20,000 nucleotides of DNA. Source: Albugo candida. Lineage: Eukaryota. Shown piece by piece: positions 1 to 9,799 of this stretch. Location: contig JBDOQK010000029.1 of the NCBI GenBank assembly GCA_040437565.1, forward strand, positions 370,158-390,157, in the 5' to 3' direction. Each line of letters begins with the position of its first letter. Positions within the stretch are counted from its first letter, which is position 1. Position numbers and translations under genes: made by a program. The notes under the pieces were generated by a model. That model saw nothing but the letters and a program-made list of their open reading frames with translations, made no database searches and had not been told where the DNA came from.

Positions 1-1
1 A

Positions 2-496
2 TTCAGTCTTTTGGATATACAATATTCCACAGCCAGAAATGATAATGATCCACCCAAAATCTCTGAGAATGGAATGCGAGTCTCTTCGCCTGAAGCATTG
101 GAAGAATACGTTCCAAAGGAATGGGACGCAGTGCATCGACGTGAGCAACTAAAATTGGTGCAACCCGGATCTCGAAGGGAGAAATCGCTCATTGAGATAG
201 AACAGAACCTGAAGTTTGGGCTCTTTTATCTCGTATTTATGCGCTTTCGAGCTGTCGCATTACTAAACAAACAGAAGCGCTTATGGACGGATCCTTTTGA
301 ATTAAAAACCAATTTGAAGAATGAATGCGAACATAGTGGAAGGAGTAATTCGAGAAACGAAAGGCTACAAAAAAAGCAAAAGGCAGCACATCGCGCTCAC
401 CTTTTCGCTGAAACACGTCGAGCGAAACGCGAATTGGGTGCAGTCCAATGCATTCAGCGTGTATACCGCAAGCACCGCAAATTTCTACCTCAATGA
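2..496 (+). CDS. 3' part of an uncharacterised protein with a C-terminal IQ (calmodulin-binding)-like motif; 5' end lies outside the window
   Basis: The frame is open from base 2 to TGA at 494-496. A basic, helical C-terminus ends in AVQCIQRVYRKHR, matching the IQxxxR core. The ORF-track start is a TTG, not a true ATG. Confidence 0.6.
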   Translation, partial: FSLLDIQYSTARNDNDPPKISENGMRVSSPEALEEYVPKEWDAVHRREQLKLVQPGSRREKSLIEIEQNLKFGLFYLVFMRFRAVALLNKQKRLWTDPFELKTNLKNECEHSGRSNSRNERLQKKQKAAHRAHLFAETRRAKRELGAVQCIQRVYRKHRKFLPQ

Positions 497-574
497 AGTT
501 CACTAACACGCACACTACACGACAATTTGTATGGACGCGAAGTACAGCACATCGCATAATAGTAGCCGCTGCCT

Positions 575-912
575 ATGAGTCACGGACATCGCGTTGGATC
601 AACCAGCTACGTGTGGGGTTATGTGCTCGTTCTGGCAGCTGCGAGCTTCTTCATCATCAGCATGTAGGTGAAAATCTCTGTTCCCACTCTGTACTGCGTG
701 TCTAATCTCCTCCATACAGGTACCTGATGATATTTTCCAAATTATTTTGGTGGTGGGACAGTAGTGCTACAATGCCCGCGATACAGTCGCCTCTCATCCA
801 AGCAATTGAGCGCGATATATATTACTGTTATCTCCTACCGCTCACAATCCCTATAACAATTATTGCGTGTTATGCGAACTGGGTGGGACTCAAATTCTTT
901 CGCCATAATTAG
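575..912 (+). CDS. PIGY: PIG-Y/Eri1-like subunit of GPI N-acetylglucosaminyltransferase; exons 575-663 and 720-912, 93 aa
   Basis: A manual splice AT|gtaggt...atacag|G (intron 664-719) gives MSHGHRVGSTSYVWGYVLVLAAASFFIISMYLMIFSKLFWW...DIYYCYLLPLTIP...YANWVGLKFFRHN. It has two hydrophobic segments and the D-YYC-L-P and NW-G-K-FRHN pattern I recognise from the PIG-Y family. Confidence 0.85.
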
Positions 913-941
913 CAAATCGTAAACTAACGTCTGCATACTAA

Positions 942-2501
942 CTAATCGATACGCGGTATCTCACCGCTGGTCCACTCCACCGACGCTGTCGACCAACGGG
1001 TTCGAATCACATCATCAAGCGTGCTTTCTCCTGGTTTTCCGCTATGGACCATACTCTGATGCTTCAAAGGCACAGCCTTACCGATGAAATCTTGCATATC
1101 ATTGAATTTCACGGTGCATTCACAAAGTCCTGTGGAATTGGAGCGTAAAGTGGTTTTCCACCCATTGTAGTGGTACAATTGAACGATTGTCTCAATCTCA
1201 TTTGGCGCAGAGTCTGCGGCTGGAGTAACTGGGAAGGATTCCTCGGTAGCGCCATTGACCCCAGCGTCGAACTGCGCCTGTAACTCGCGAGCAAGCTGCG
1301 AATCGGAGCGATTTCGAGGTTCTGATGATGAGCACGTGGCATCCAAAGCCTTGTTGAAGTCGCCAGTATGCAAAAGAATGGAAATCACTTTCCAAAATTC
1401 ATCCCACACAATGATTCCAGAACCCGCCAATTCCAATCGATTTTGAAGACGAGACATTGCGACCAAGTCTTTGCGAATTGTTTCCTGGATATGTAGTTTT
1501 TCCACAATATTTGGTAATTTGGTCACTTCCACAAAACCACTTTCCATAGCATCAAATTCCTGAAAAGTACGACGAACGCGTTCGAATAGAGTTTGTGACT
1601 CGGAAGCATTACAAATGGATTCATCCAGGCCAAAGAGAATGGTGAAGTGAGAAGAGCTTCCCACGACCCAAACGGGATACTGAGGGCATTTGTAAAAACT
1701 ACCGACTTCACAATACCGCAGAGCCTCTAATTGTGTCAAGTACCCGATTCTAGCTTTTTCCGATACTCCACGTAATGACATACCTGAATCTCCAAGCGGG
1801 ATGGACCCATCAAATACATTGGAAGTCGCTTTCCCGGTCAGTAGCAAGTTCACCAATTCTTGCGTACAGTGTCCATACGCTCCGGTCAATGTGCTTTGTG
1901 AATCATCCATCTCGTTTCGTATCTGATCGATCCCCTTTGTCAGAATGACGCTGTAAATGAAATGCACAACACCTCGAGCAGCTGTGAATGTTTGAATATG
2001 TGATAAAAGCACATTTTGTACGTCTTTTGCGGGGAAGGAAATCACACTGATTGTATTCTCTTCACATCGACTTGGAACCGCTATTTGTATCATTGTAGCG
2101 GGTGAGCTGTCCCCGCTGCACCGTTCTAAAATGGAAGCCAATGCGCACACTAAAAGCTTTTGACGGCTTTCAGAGGAAATTGGAGAGCTCAGTGAAACAA
2201 GCGCTTCTTCTTGTGAGCCTCTACCGCTGTCTTTTTGCTGTAAGAAGAGGAAATGGCACAGGATCTCAGCTTGTACAACTGCCAAGACACCGCACGGCCC
2301 TCCATGAGTCTGTAGCAATCCTAATGAGAAGGATATATCGTTCTGTGCGTCCGCTTCCGCTGCTTCTTTTGTGTAGACGAGTCCTTGTTGATACCACCTT
2401 GCATAATCTTCATTTTGAGCTTCAGCATTGACTTCATTCGGCCACAATAAGCGATCAAGTTGAGCCAACATCGCACGAGATAAAGCCGCTTCCGATTCCA
2501 T
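942..2501 (-). CDS. MINDY3: MINDY-3/4 (FAM188, DUF4205) family deubiquitinase with EF-hand insertion, 519 aa, intronless
   Basis: Catalytic motif GLLQTHGGPCGVLAVVQA (Gln, Cys). Conserved GHCTQELVNLLLTGKATSNVFDG, IGYLTQLEALRYCEVGSFYKCPQYPVWV and SSSHFTILF (catalytic His). EF-hand-like FQEFDAMESGFVE. C-terminal LYHYNG and VIRTRW. Confidence 0.9.
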   Translation of the reverse strand: MESEAALSRAMLAQLDRLLWPNEVNAEAQNEDYARWYQQGLVYTKEAAEADAQNDISFSLGLLQTHGGPCGVLAVVQAEILCHFLFLQQKDSGRGSQEEALVSLSSPISSESRQKLLVCALASILERCSGDSSPATMIQIAVPSRCEENTISVISFPAKDVQNVLLSHIQTFTAARGVVHFIYSVILTKGIDQIRNEMDDSQSTLTGAYGHCTQELVNLLLTGKATSNVFDGSIPLGDSGMSLRGVSEKARIGYLTQLEALRYCEVGSFYKCPQYPVWVVGSSSHFTILFGLDESICNASESQTLFERVRRTFQEFDAMESGFVEVTKLPNIVEKLHIQETIRKDLVAMSRLQNRLELAGSGIIVWDEFWKVISILLHTGDFNKALDATCSSSEPRNRSDSQLARELQAQFDAGVNGATEESFPVTPAADSAPNEIETIVQLYHYNGWKTTLRSNSTGLCECTVKFNDMQDFIGKAVPLKHQSMVHSGKPGESTLDDVIRTRWSTASVEWTSGEIPRID

Positions 2502-2574
2502 TTTTAACTATTTCATTCGCTAAAATAATTTATTTTCAACCAATCGGTATCTCCCAATTCTGTATCTGGAAGAA
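2502..2574. promoter_or_regulatory. 73-bp divergent (bidirectional) promoter region between MINDY3 and the exonuclease gene, with a CCAAT box
   Basis: Head-to-head ATGs at 2501(-) and 2575(+). The spacer is AT-rich and contains AACCAATCG (about 2538-2546) and an initiator-like TCATT (about 2513-2517). Confidence 0.5.
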
Positions 2575-5206
2575 ATGGACACGGAAGATTATGAAGATGG
2601 TGAGATTTTGGAAGAAAATCAAGCGCCTGAATCGCATTCTCATACCGTAAAAAAGGAACTATCGGTATCCTCATCCTTACCGCCGACGATTTCAAGTGTC
2701 TCCGCAACCAACAAGACCCCACATCGCCAACAAATCGCAAGACGAAACTGGCATCCCAAGGCTCCCCACACCCAACCATTTAACGATGCTGCGTTGATGC
2801 ATTCCAGAAAACGACCACATCCCGTGCATAAGAATGCTGAAAATCACGTCAAAGAAGCGGTAAAACTGCCTCTGGATGACGCATACTGCCAGGAAATGAT
2901 TCTTCGATGTCCACGTCAAGTGATTTCCAGCCGTGTTCTTCTCGACTTTGCCTACTGGATGCAGTGGGGAAGCGTCAGAAATCGTATTCGCCGTCTTCTT
3001 ATTCACGAAATCCAAGAAATGATACTGTCAGCGTTACAAGAGTCAGACGCTACCTCTGCACTCAGTCCTTGCCTCGCATCTCCTTGCAATCCATGGTTTT
3101 CTCGACCCAAGAAAGTCTGTATCATTCTCCTTTCCAATTTACATCCAGCGATTCTCCAGAAATATCTCGCTTCGTTACAGTATTTTGGGCAAAGCACAAG
3201 TCTCCCGTGTAATTTTGTCAAATCGGCGCATCTTCAACATGGAGAAAATGTTCTCCCGGAAATGTTATTCAAGTATCCGAAGCCCTCGGTGGATACAGCG
3301 TACGTGAAGTGTATGACTGCAGTAGACCCGTCGACTGATTCTTTTGTATTTATGATTTGATAGAAATCTCTCATCTGACGAGCTTTTTCACGGTCATGAA
3401 CTCACATTCCTCATTCAGCATTCTTTCGGGTGGAATGACGAGCTCATTCTACAGCCAGCGGGAACTTTTTTCCAACGTAATCAACCACAGGGAGGAAGAT
3501 GGGAATTAGATGGCGATTTACTTCATTTAAAGTGGCGATCTCAAATTCCGAAACTGAAAGTGGGAGACGAAGCAGAAAAAGAGCTCGTTAAAAAGCCTGA
3601 GGGGGATTCCTTCATTCTCGATGTTCTCGTGTGTGAAGACGCGACCATGCACTACTTTAGTACCGATGCAGTCACAGACCAGACGTACGCACAAACTATC
3701 CCGCATCATTTACAGGTCAAACGGCGACGTCAAGGAAGCACTGATGCTCCACGTAGTATTCGCCTTTCCCTCGTCAAAGCTGTCAAATCGGATTGCTCCA
3801 ATGGTCACATTGAAAGCTCTCACAGCTCAAGAAAAGAATCGTTGAAGGACGAAATGCCAAATGAAAGCAAACAATTTCATTATTATGTGCTCTCATCTGC
3901 AGAACTTGAACAGCATGGCTTCCCAATCGATATTGAAGCTGAACAAGAAGCGCTCAAAGTCAGCAGTGGAGGCTCCACGCGTGATCGTTTTGTACAGACA
4001 CAACCACGCGCAGAGTCTTCCTCATGCGGAGATGTGTATGCTTTAGATTGTGAAATGTGTGAGACGGATCTCGGCATGGAACTCACTCGAGTCACAGTTG
4101 TCAATGTCGATGGAGTCGTTGTGTACGATGAGCTGGTTCGGCCACAAAGCACAATCATCAATTACCACACTGAACACAGCGGAATCACTGGCGAGATGCT
4201 GGAATCCATCAAGACGACAGTGGCCGATGTCCAAGCACACTTTTTGACTGAGTTGTTTGCGAGCGATACGATTCTTGTTGGACACTCATTAACAAGCGAT
4301 TTGAGAGCATTGCGTCTCGTTCATCTTTGTGTCGCCGATACGGCCATTTTGTTCCCACACGCCCGAGGATTCCCATTCAAAACCTCACTCAAGTACTTGG
4401 CAAAAACGTATTTGCATCGTGACATTCAGACGCAAACGGAGCTAGGCCACGATTCAGCGGAAGATGCTGTCACTGCGATGGAGCTGCTCAAGCTCAAGAT
4501 TGACAATGGGCCATACTATGGCGTCCCGGATCTATCTCAATCTGTCGCGTACGATTCTCTTGTTGAAAAGCTCTACAAGGCTCATAAACGTGGCGCCTTT
4601 TTCCATCTCGAGTTGCCTCGAGTTGATACGGATGGTCTTTCACGCAACGCAGAGGACATGAAGCCTTGGCAGAGCTATTCCAACGGCCAATTACGCAAGA
4701 AATTGCATAGTCCGTTTCGGATGGCAGAAGCAGAGCTCGCAAATGGCAATACGAGACACTCGATTGTACAAGCAAGGAAATGCCAATCCTTTATAGAATT
4801 GCAAGATTCTCTGACGACTGCGACCATCAACGATACTTTTGATCTGTCTTGGGTCGAGATAGAAGCTCCAAGTGGCCCGAAATGTATCAACGACTTCATC
4901 TCCTCGCATGAACAGTGGATGGAAGCTCAGCGATCGATGTACTCTATGATCGATGAGAATCTCGAAAAGCTCATGGATTCCCACAAAGGAACTGACACGC
5001 TTTTCATGGTGATTCCGCAAAGCGATCCGGCCATTCTCCGATACCTGAAAGGATTGAGGACACAATCGCGTTGGAAAGATGGAAATCTTGGTGGTGCAAA
5101 TCCAGCAAGCAATTCTCAAAATGGATGGACGGATGACTATCAGGATGCATTAGAAGACGCTCAAAGCGGAATGGTAGACAGCTGTGTGTTTTTGCGCCAA
5201 GTTTAG
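2575..5206 (+). CDS. REX1/RNH70/REXO1-like DEDDh 3'-5' RNA exonuclease; exons 2575-3299 and 3364-5206, 855 aa
   Basis: Intron GC|gtacgt...tgatag|A (3300-3363) joins ORF 2575 in frame with ORF 3560, with no stop in 3364-3559. Motifs: ExoI ALDCEMC, ELTRVTVV, NYHTEHSGIT, ExoII LVGHSLTSDLRAL, DTAILFPH, SLKYLAKTYL and ExoIII GHDSAEDA. The Rex1-type C-terminus includes TLFMVI...D...L..L and CVFLRQ. Confidence 0.9.
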
Positions 5207-5235
5207 ATAGAAATACAAATTGTGGATCAAAGCCA

Positions 5236-6703
5236 CTATTCAGAATCTTCTTCAACCGTTCTCCTTTTCTTTGGCGCTTGACGAACAATCATTTCTTCTT
5301 CTGCGTCTTCGTCACTATCTTGGGCTCCGTCCTCAGCATCCTCTTCCTCATCTTCGTCACTCTCTGACTTGGCTCGCTCACGTCTTCGAGCTTCTCCAGC
5401 TCGTCGATACTCATTAAATCCATCGCCATTGAATGAAGTCCGACGCTGTGCTCCTCCTGTCTTTCGCGTCGATCCTTTTCGGCTCTTACCGCTTCCGAAT
5501 TGCTCCTTAATCGATCCGACATGATCTGCTTCCTCTTCATCGTCCTCTTCCTCTTCAAACCCTTCCTCCAAAAAGGATGCATCCATTCGTGCGGCTCGTC
5601 CGCGATCGTATTCAAAGGTTTGTCGAGCTTTCTTTCGATGCTGTAATCGAAGTCGGTCCTCATTGATCTTGGCACGTTGTTCCTGCTCTCGTGAGGCATC
5701 TAATTCGGAGACGTACTCTTTCAGCTTTTGCACGCCTTTATTGTGTTTGGCGCGCATTGACATTGTCAGACTTTTGTGCGATTTGCTTGACGTTGTCATT
5801 GGCCGAATAGTAAGCTTTTCGTCGAGACGCCCGTGACATTCCAACACCGTTTTTTGTCCGGTCGCATTGTCTTCGACTTTGTTGCTTTGAAACGCTCTTT
5901 CATCCAGTGAGACTTCATTGACAAATAAGAAAGAATTCGCGATCTTCTGACGTGCTAAATAGAGAGCTTCTCTGCCCACAAAGAGCGTCAGTGTCCCATC
6001 TTCCCATTGCACTACTTTGCTGTTCGTTTCCTTCATTGGACGATGTGTAATTGGGTCCATAAGAAGGTTTCCTTTTTCATTGCGGCGATATCTAAAGCAA
6101 GTAACCTATCAGATATGATAAGAAATGATTGCGTTATATAACGTGACGCACCTCCATCGAACGTAATTGCGATATAAAGTCTCGTCGGTTGGATTGATCA
6201 TTTCTTCTTGGATCGATTCTGCTGTATATGGTTCTGGTATCAGACGCAATATATTGGGCATTTTTGTGACAAAACACTTTGCACTGGTGGAGGGCTTTGG
6301 TGTTCGCGGCAGCCATATTTGATTGGAATGAGACTGGAAATCGTCGGATGGATCATTTGACAATTCCGAACGAAGTTGCGCTCGAACCGGTGATTCTTTG
6401 ATACCGCTTATAAATGACGAGTGAGATAAAAACAGATATATATCGAAGCATGACTTACGAAGCTTTGAACTCTTCTTCTTCCGAGTCGTAATCAGATCCA
6501 AACAAGTCTTTCATCTCTTTGTCTTTTCCTTCTTCCCCTTCATCACTAAAGATCTTTTCATCCCCCATATTTTTCCTGTCATTACTGTCAGCAGCATTCG
6601 ACATATCATCCTCTTTCAAATCCTTCGTTGGTTTTTGTGTCGCCCATTCCTCATCACTACTACCGCTTTGATCGCCGCCATTAGAAGATAGAGACGAAGG
6701 CAT
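5236..6703 (-). CDS. LEO1: RNA polymerase II-associated Paf1 complex subunit Leo1; exons 6703-6459, 6406-6152 and 6091-5236, 451 aa
   Basis: Introns 6458-6407 (gtaagt...aag) and 6151-6092 (gtgcgt...tttag) keep the frame. The acidic N-terminus has DLFGSD. The Leo1 domain reads KMPNILRLIPEPY...NYVRWRYRRNEKG...ETNSKVVQWEDGTLTLFVG...LTIRPMTTSSKSHK. The C-terminus is acidic/basic and low-complexity. Confidence 0.9.
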
Positions 6704-6790
6704 CGCGTGATCCTGTACTCAAACGTCTCTCCTAATTACGAATGAGCACTACCGTTACTGTAGCAATAAAGTACGATTAGCCGCTCAAGA

Positions 6791-7666
6791 ATGGCGGAAC
6801 CCGATGAGCTATTCACACTAAAGAACCAATTTTGGGTGGGAAACTACCGAAACGCAATCAGCGAAGCCAGCATGTTGGGTCATTTGAATGGTGCAATGAA
6901 AATAGAGCGAGATGTGTACGTCTATCGCGCTTATCTTGGTCTGTACGAGTATGATCATGTCTTGAAATCAATATCCGATAATCCGGATACACCAATCGCT
7001 TTGAGCTCAGTCAAACTTTTTGCAATGTACTGCACGGGAGGCGACAAAGAGATAATACTTCTGACACTAAAAGAATGGCTAACAGAGGGAAACAGCAGTG
7101 AAAATCCTCATCTTTTGCTGATTGCGGGAATTATTTACATGCAGGAAGGCAAGTTGTCAGATGCGTTATCAGCGCTCCACAAAGGGAATTCCCTGGAGCA
7201 TATGCTCACTATTGTTCAGCTGTATGCACGTGTCAATCGCCTGGATCTAGCGCTGAAACAACTGCAGGACATGAAGCGTATCGAAGAAGACTCAACATGC
7301 ACTCAGCTGGCTCAAGCTTGGTTTTGGGTTCTCAAAGGTGGTGAAAACGCTGATGAGGCGGCGCAATTGTTTCAGGAGCTTACAGATCGGTTCGGAAAGA
7401 CTTGCTTGCTGCTCAATGGTGGAGCAGTGGCGTACATGGCGCTGAGGAATTACGTCGAAGCGGAACGTTTGTTGTTGGAAGCTTACTCCAAAGAGTCTCA
7501 AAATCAAGACACGTTGACGAATTTGATTGTGGTTTCAACGCATTTGAAAAGGTCAAATGCTCAGTATATTGGCGAATTACAGAAAGTTGCACCAATGAAC
7601 GCGTGGCTGATTAATTTGTCAAGACTGGAGCAAGAATATCTTACCGCCGCTGCCTCTTTTGCCTGA
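6791..7666 (+). CDS. COPE: Coatomer subunit epsilon (epsilon-COP), 291 aa, intronless
   Basis: DELFTLKNQFWVGNY N-terminus, ERDVYVYRAYLG, NRLDLALKQLQDMKRIEEDSTCTQLAQAW, FQELTDRFG, LLLNG, EAERLLLEA and TLTNLIV are typical of the epsilon-COP TPR fold, as is the length. Confidence 0.95.
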   Translation: MAEPDELFTLKNQFWVGNYRNAISEASMLGHLNGAMKIERDVYVYRAYLGLYEYDHVLKSISDNPDTPIALSSVKLFAMYCTGGDKEIILLTLKEWLTEGNSSENPHLLLIAGIIYMQEGKLSDALSALHKGNSLEHMLTIVQLYARVNRLDLALKQLQDMKRIEEDSTCTQLAQAWFWVLKGGENADEAAQLFQELTDRFGKTCLLLNGGAVAYMALRNYVEAERLLLEAYSKESQNQDTLTNLIVVSTHLKRSNAQYIGELQKVAPMNAWLINLSRLEQEYLTAAASFA

Positions 7667-7697
7667 GGAAAAAGATGACCACAATTGTTTTCCGTTT

Positions 7698-8341
7698 TCA
7701 AGATGCGAGTTCTTTATTCATAAACTTTCTTTTCGCAAATAACATCCACCATTTACTGCGCTTATTATCTGGAAAAACAATCTCTGGAAGACGAGCAGCG
7801 ATGGCTTCTCGTAGCTGTTTGAGATAGCTGCGAATAATTTCTGTTGACGAGGTGACTCATATTAGTACTCATCTAACACCATGATCGATGCGACCTCACC
7901 TGCTTCGTTCGAGTTCGACGGAGCCCGAACCATTCCACCGAGCACAAAGCCTGCGTCGCCAGGAATCGCAAATGATTCAACGGCTGTTTGTTGAAGTGCA
8001 CGAGCCGCTTCGTGTTGACAGCAAGGCATTATTCCGTGCGCTTTCCTTTCTTATAACGATGACATACCTTCTGTTTTGCTGTGGCATTTTTCGAGCTTCT
8101 TCAAACACAAATGAACAAATAGTGTTCCGTACACAAGTACGCGATCTGCATTGCCTTTGAATGCGTAATTTGTGAATAATACGTTGGCCCTAAACAACTG
8201 AATTATCTCATCAGCGATATCCTCATCTGCGTCATTAGCGGGAGGAGCAGGGCCTCTTGAACGGGTCTTTAACGGAAGGATCGCAAAGCCACACACTTGC
8301 TTACATTCAAAATCATTAAACGCGGAATGATATGCGGGCAT
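7698..8341 (-). CDS. ARPC3: Arp2/3 complex subunit 3 (p21-Arc); exons 8341-8068, 8007-7900 and 7840-7698, 174 aa
   Basis: Exon 1 reads MPAYHSAF...LPLKTRSRGPAP...DIADEIIQLFRANVLFTNY...ADRVLVYGTLF. Splicing out 8067-8008 and 7899-7841 adds AARALQQTAVESFAIPGDAGFVLGG...EAEIIRSYLKQLRE...SKWWMLFAKRKFMNKELAS*, the canonical ARPC3 C-terminus. Confidence 0.95.
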
Positions 8342-8525
8342 TTCTCTCCCGCAACTTAATTCTAAAACTAGACCATCTTTTTCTATAAACTACTCTACTG
8401 ATGGATGTACCGTCAATCACAAATGGGTTCATCAGATGTCAAGGACGAAGAATAGAGTTTCAACAACATTCAGAGCATTATCCAGCAGGTATTACGCCGT
8501 AGAGTTGTTATCAAATTTTTTTGTA

Positions 8526-9680
8526 ATGGGTGGGGTATACACTCGAATTCGGAACGTTCAGTCGCTTCGGCCCGGGGATCACATTTGTATATGGGACTAC
8601 AGTCGTTGGCCAATTTCGTACCAGCATCACGGAATCGTTTGGTGTGCCGGCTCAAATGCCCAGGAAATTCGTGTCTGTCACGTCTGGAGTCCTTTAGAAA
8701 CAGCACGTGAAGCACAACTCGACTCGTGTTTCCGTATATCGACACTGGAAGAGTTCATGTACAAGCGAAATCCATCTCATTTGAGGCTTGTGGAGTATCA
8801 TACTTCTGGGCTTCGAGAACTGCTTTCGCGATGGGGAGAAGTACATCTCTCGCCGAGCGATTTACCGGAAGTAGTACTCACGCGATGTAAATTCTTGTTG
8901 GGACTTGGGAAGGGAGAGTTTCATATTTTTCGACAAAACTGTGAGCATGCGGCGTACTGGTGTATGACCGGCAAGCAATGGTGCAAACAAAACCTCACAC
9001 ATGGAAAAGGACGAATCCCTTTCGAAAACAGTATATCCAAAGATGAAGTCGAAGCACTCGAAAAGCACATTGATGAAATCAGGAAAATATCAAATAATGT
9101 GATACAAAATGTCGTCAAACTATCACAGCAGCTCGTCTATCTTCGAGTTCGTGGTAGCTATTATGTGAAGATATTAGAATCAGGCCAGCTCGGGATCGTC
9201 CATGAACATGAGAATGATGCGCAAGACTGTGGGCGCACTGCTTTTCGTTTAACGTGCTATGTCAAAGGTCACAACTCGGTCAAGACCAGTTTGTTTCACG
9301 AAGCTTCGGGGCGTTGTATGTTTAGTCGATCAACACTCTCGTGTTTCCGTGATCTTCGAATGAAAAAAGCGAATTTATGTCGCGGTACAACTGGAGCGAA
9401 ATGGGAATACTCCTCGCTAGGATTTCTCGTCAGTATGAATCAACATCGACGATACATTGGAATCGGAAAGCACAACATTCTGACTGATGTCAGCATGCGC
9501 GGCGATGCTTGTCGAATCGAATTTATACCCTGTTCCGATTCTGAATCCATGGAAACACCTGATATCCATTCCGTCACACGACAATACAAGTATCAATCGG
9601 CAATTGAAGGAAGTGGGTGTAATCCAAAAACCCGCGAAAACGAACAAGCGCATGGACTCGACGAGCTACCGGGCCTTTGA
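8526..9680 (+). CDS. LRAT/HRASLS-like (permuted NlpC/P60) acyltransferase/thiol-hydrolase domain protein with an additional C-terminal domain
   Basis: LRPGDHICIW, YQHHGIVW (His), VCHVW (second His) and FHIFRQNCEHAAYWCMTG (NCEH catalytic Cys). The ATG at 8526 (MGGVYTR) is preferred. An in-frame upstream ATG at 8436 is possible. Confidence 0.85.
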   Translation: MGGVYTRIRNVQSLRPGDHICIWDYSRWPISYQHHGIVWCAGSNAQEIRVCHVWSPLETAREAQLDSCFRISTLEEFMYKRNPSHLRLVEYHTSGLRELLSRWGEVHLSPSDLPEVVLTRCKFLLGLGKGEFHIFRQNCEHAAYWCMTGKQWCKQNLTHGKGRIPFENSISKDEVEALEKHIDEIRKISNNVIQNVVKLSQQLVYLRVRGSYYVKILESGQLGIVHEHENDAQDCGRTAFRLTCYVKGHNSVKTSLFHEASGRCMFSRSTLSCFRDLRMKKANLCRGTTGAKWEYSSLGFLVSMNQHRRYIGIGKHNILTDVSMRGDACRIEFIPCSDSESMETPDIHSVTRQYKYQSAIEGSGCNPKTRENEQAHGLDELPGL

Positions 9681-9799
9681 CCATCCCATTCTACAAAAAA
9701 TAGATTATAGGAACAAATTCGAAATAGAGAGGTAGACAAAGCCCAATTGTAACTGGCTGCATTCTATCCAATAGACGAGCATTTCTTTGACCTTTCAAG

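Noticed and set aside
237..705. Overlapping short ORFs 237-557(-), 321-506(+) and 448-705(+)
   Set aside because: These are shadow frames of the IQ-motif gene and PIG-Y exon 1, with no protein-like features.
5236..5580. TCT/TCC/TCA-rich low-complexity DNA
   Set aside because: It encodes the Glu/Asp-rich tail of Leo1 on the minus strand and is not an independent microsatellite.
7888..8160. 90-aa plus-strand ORF
   Set aside because: It is antisense to ARPC3 exons and introns, which fully explain the sequence.
575..9680. Possibility that the neighbouring genes form a functional cluster or defence system (nuclease, deubiquitinase, thiol enzyme)
   Set aside because: They are conserved eukaryotic housekeeping genes from unrelated pathways. 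Genome compaction explains their proximity.
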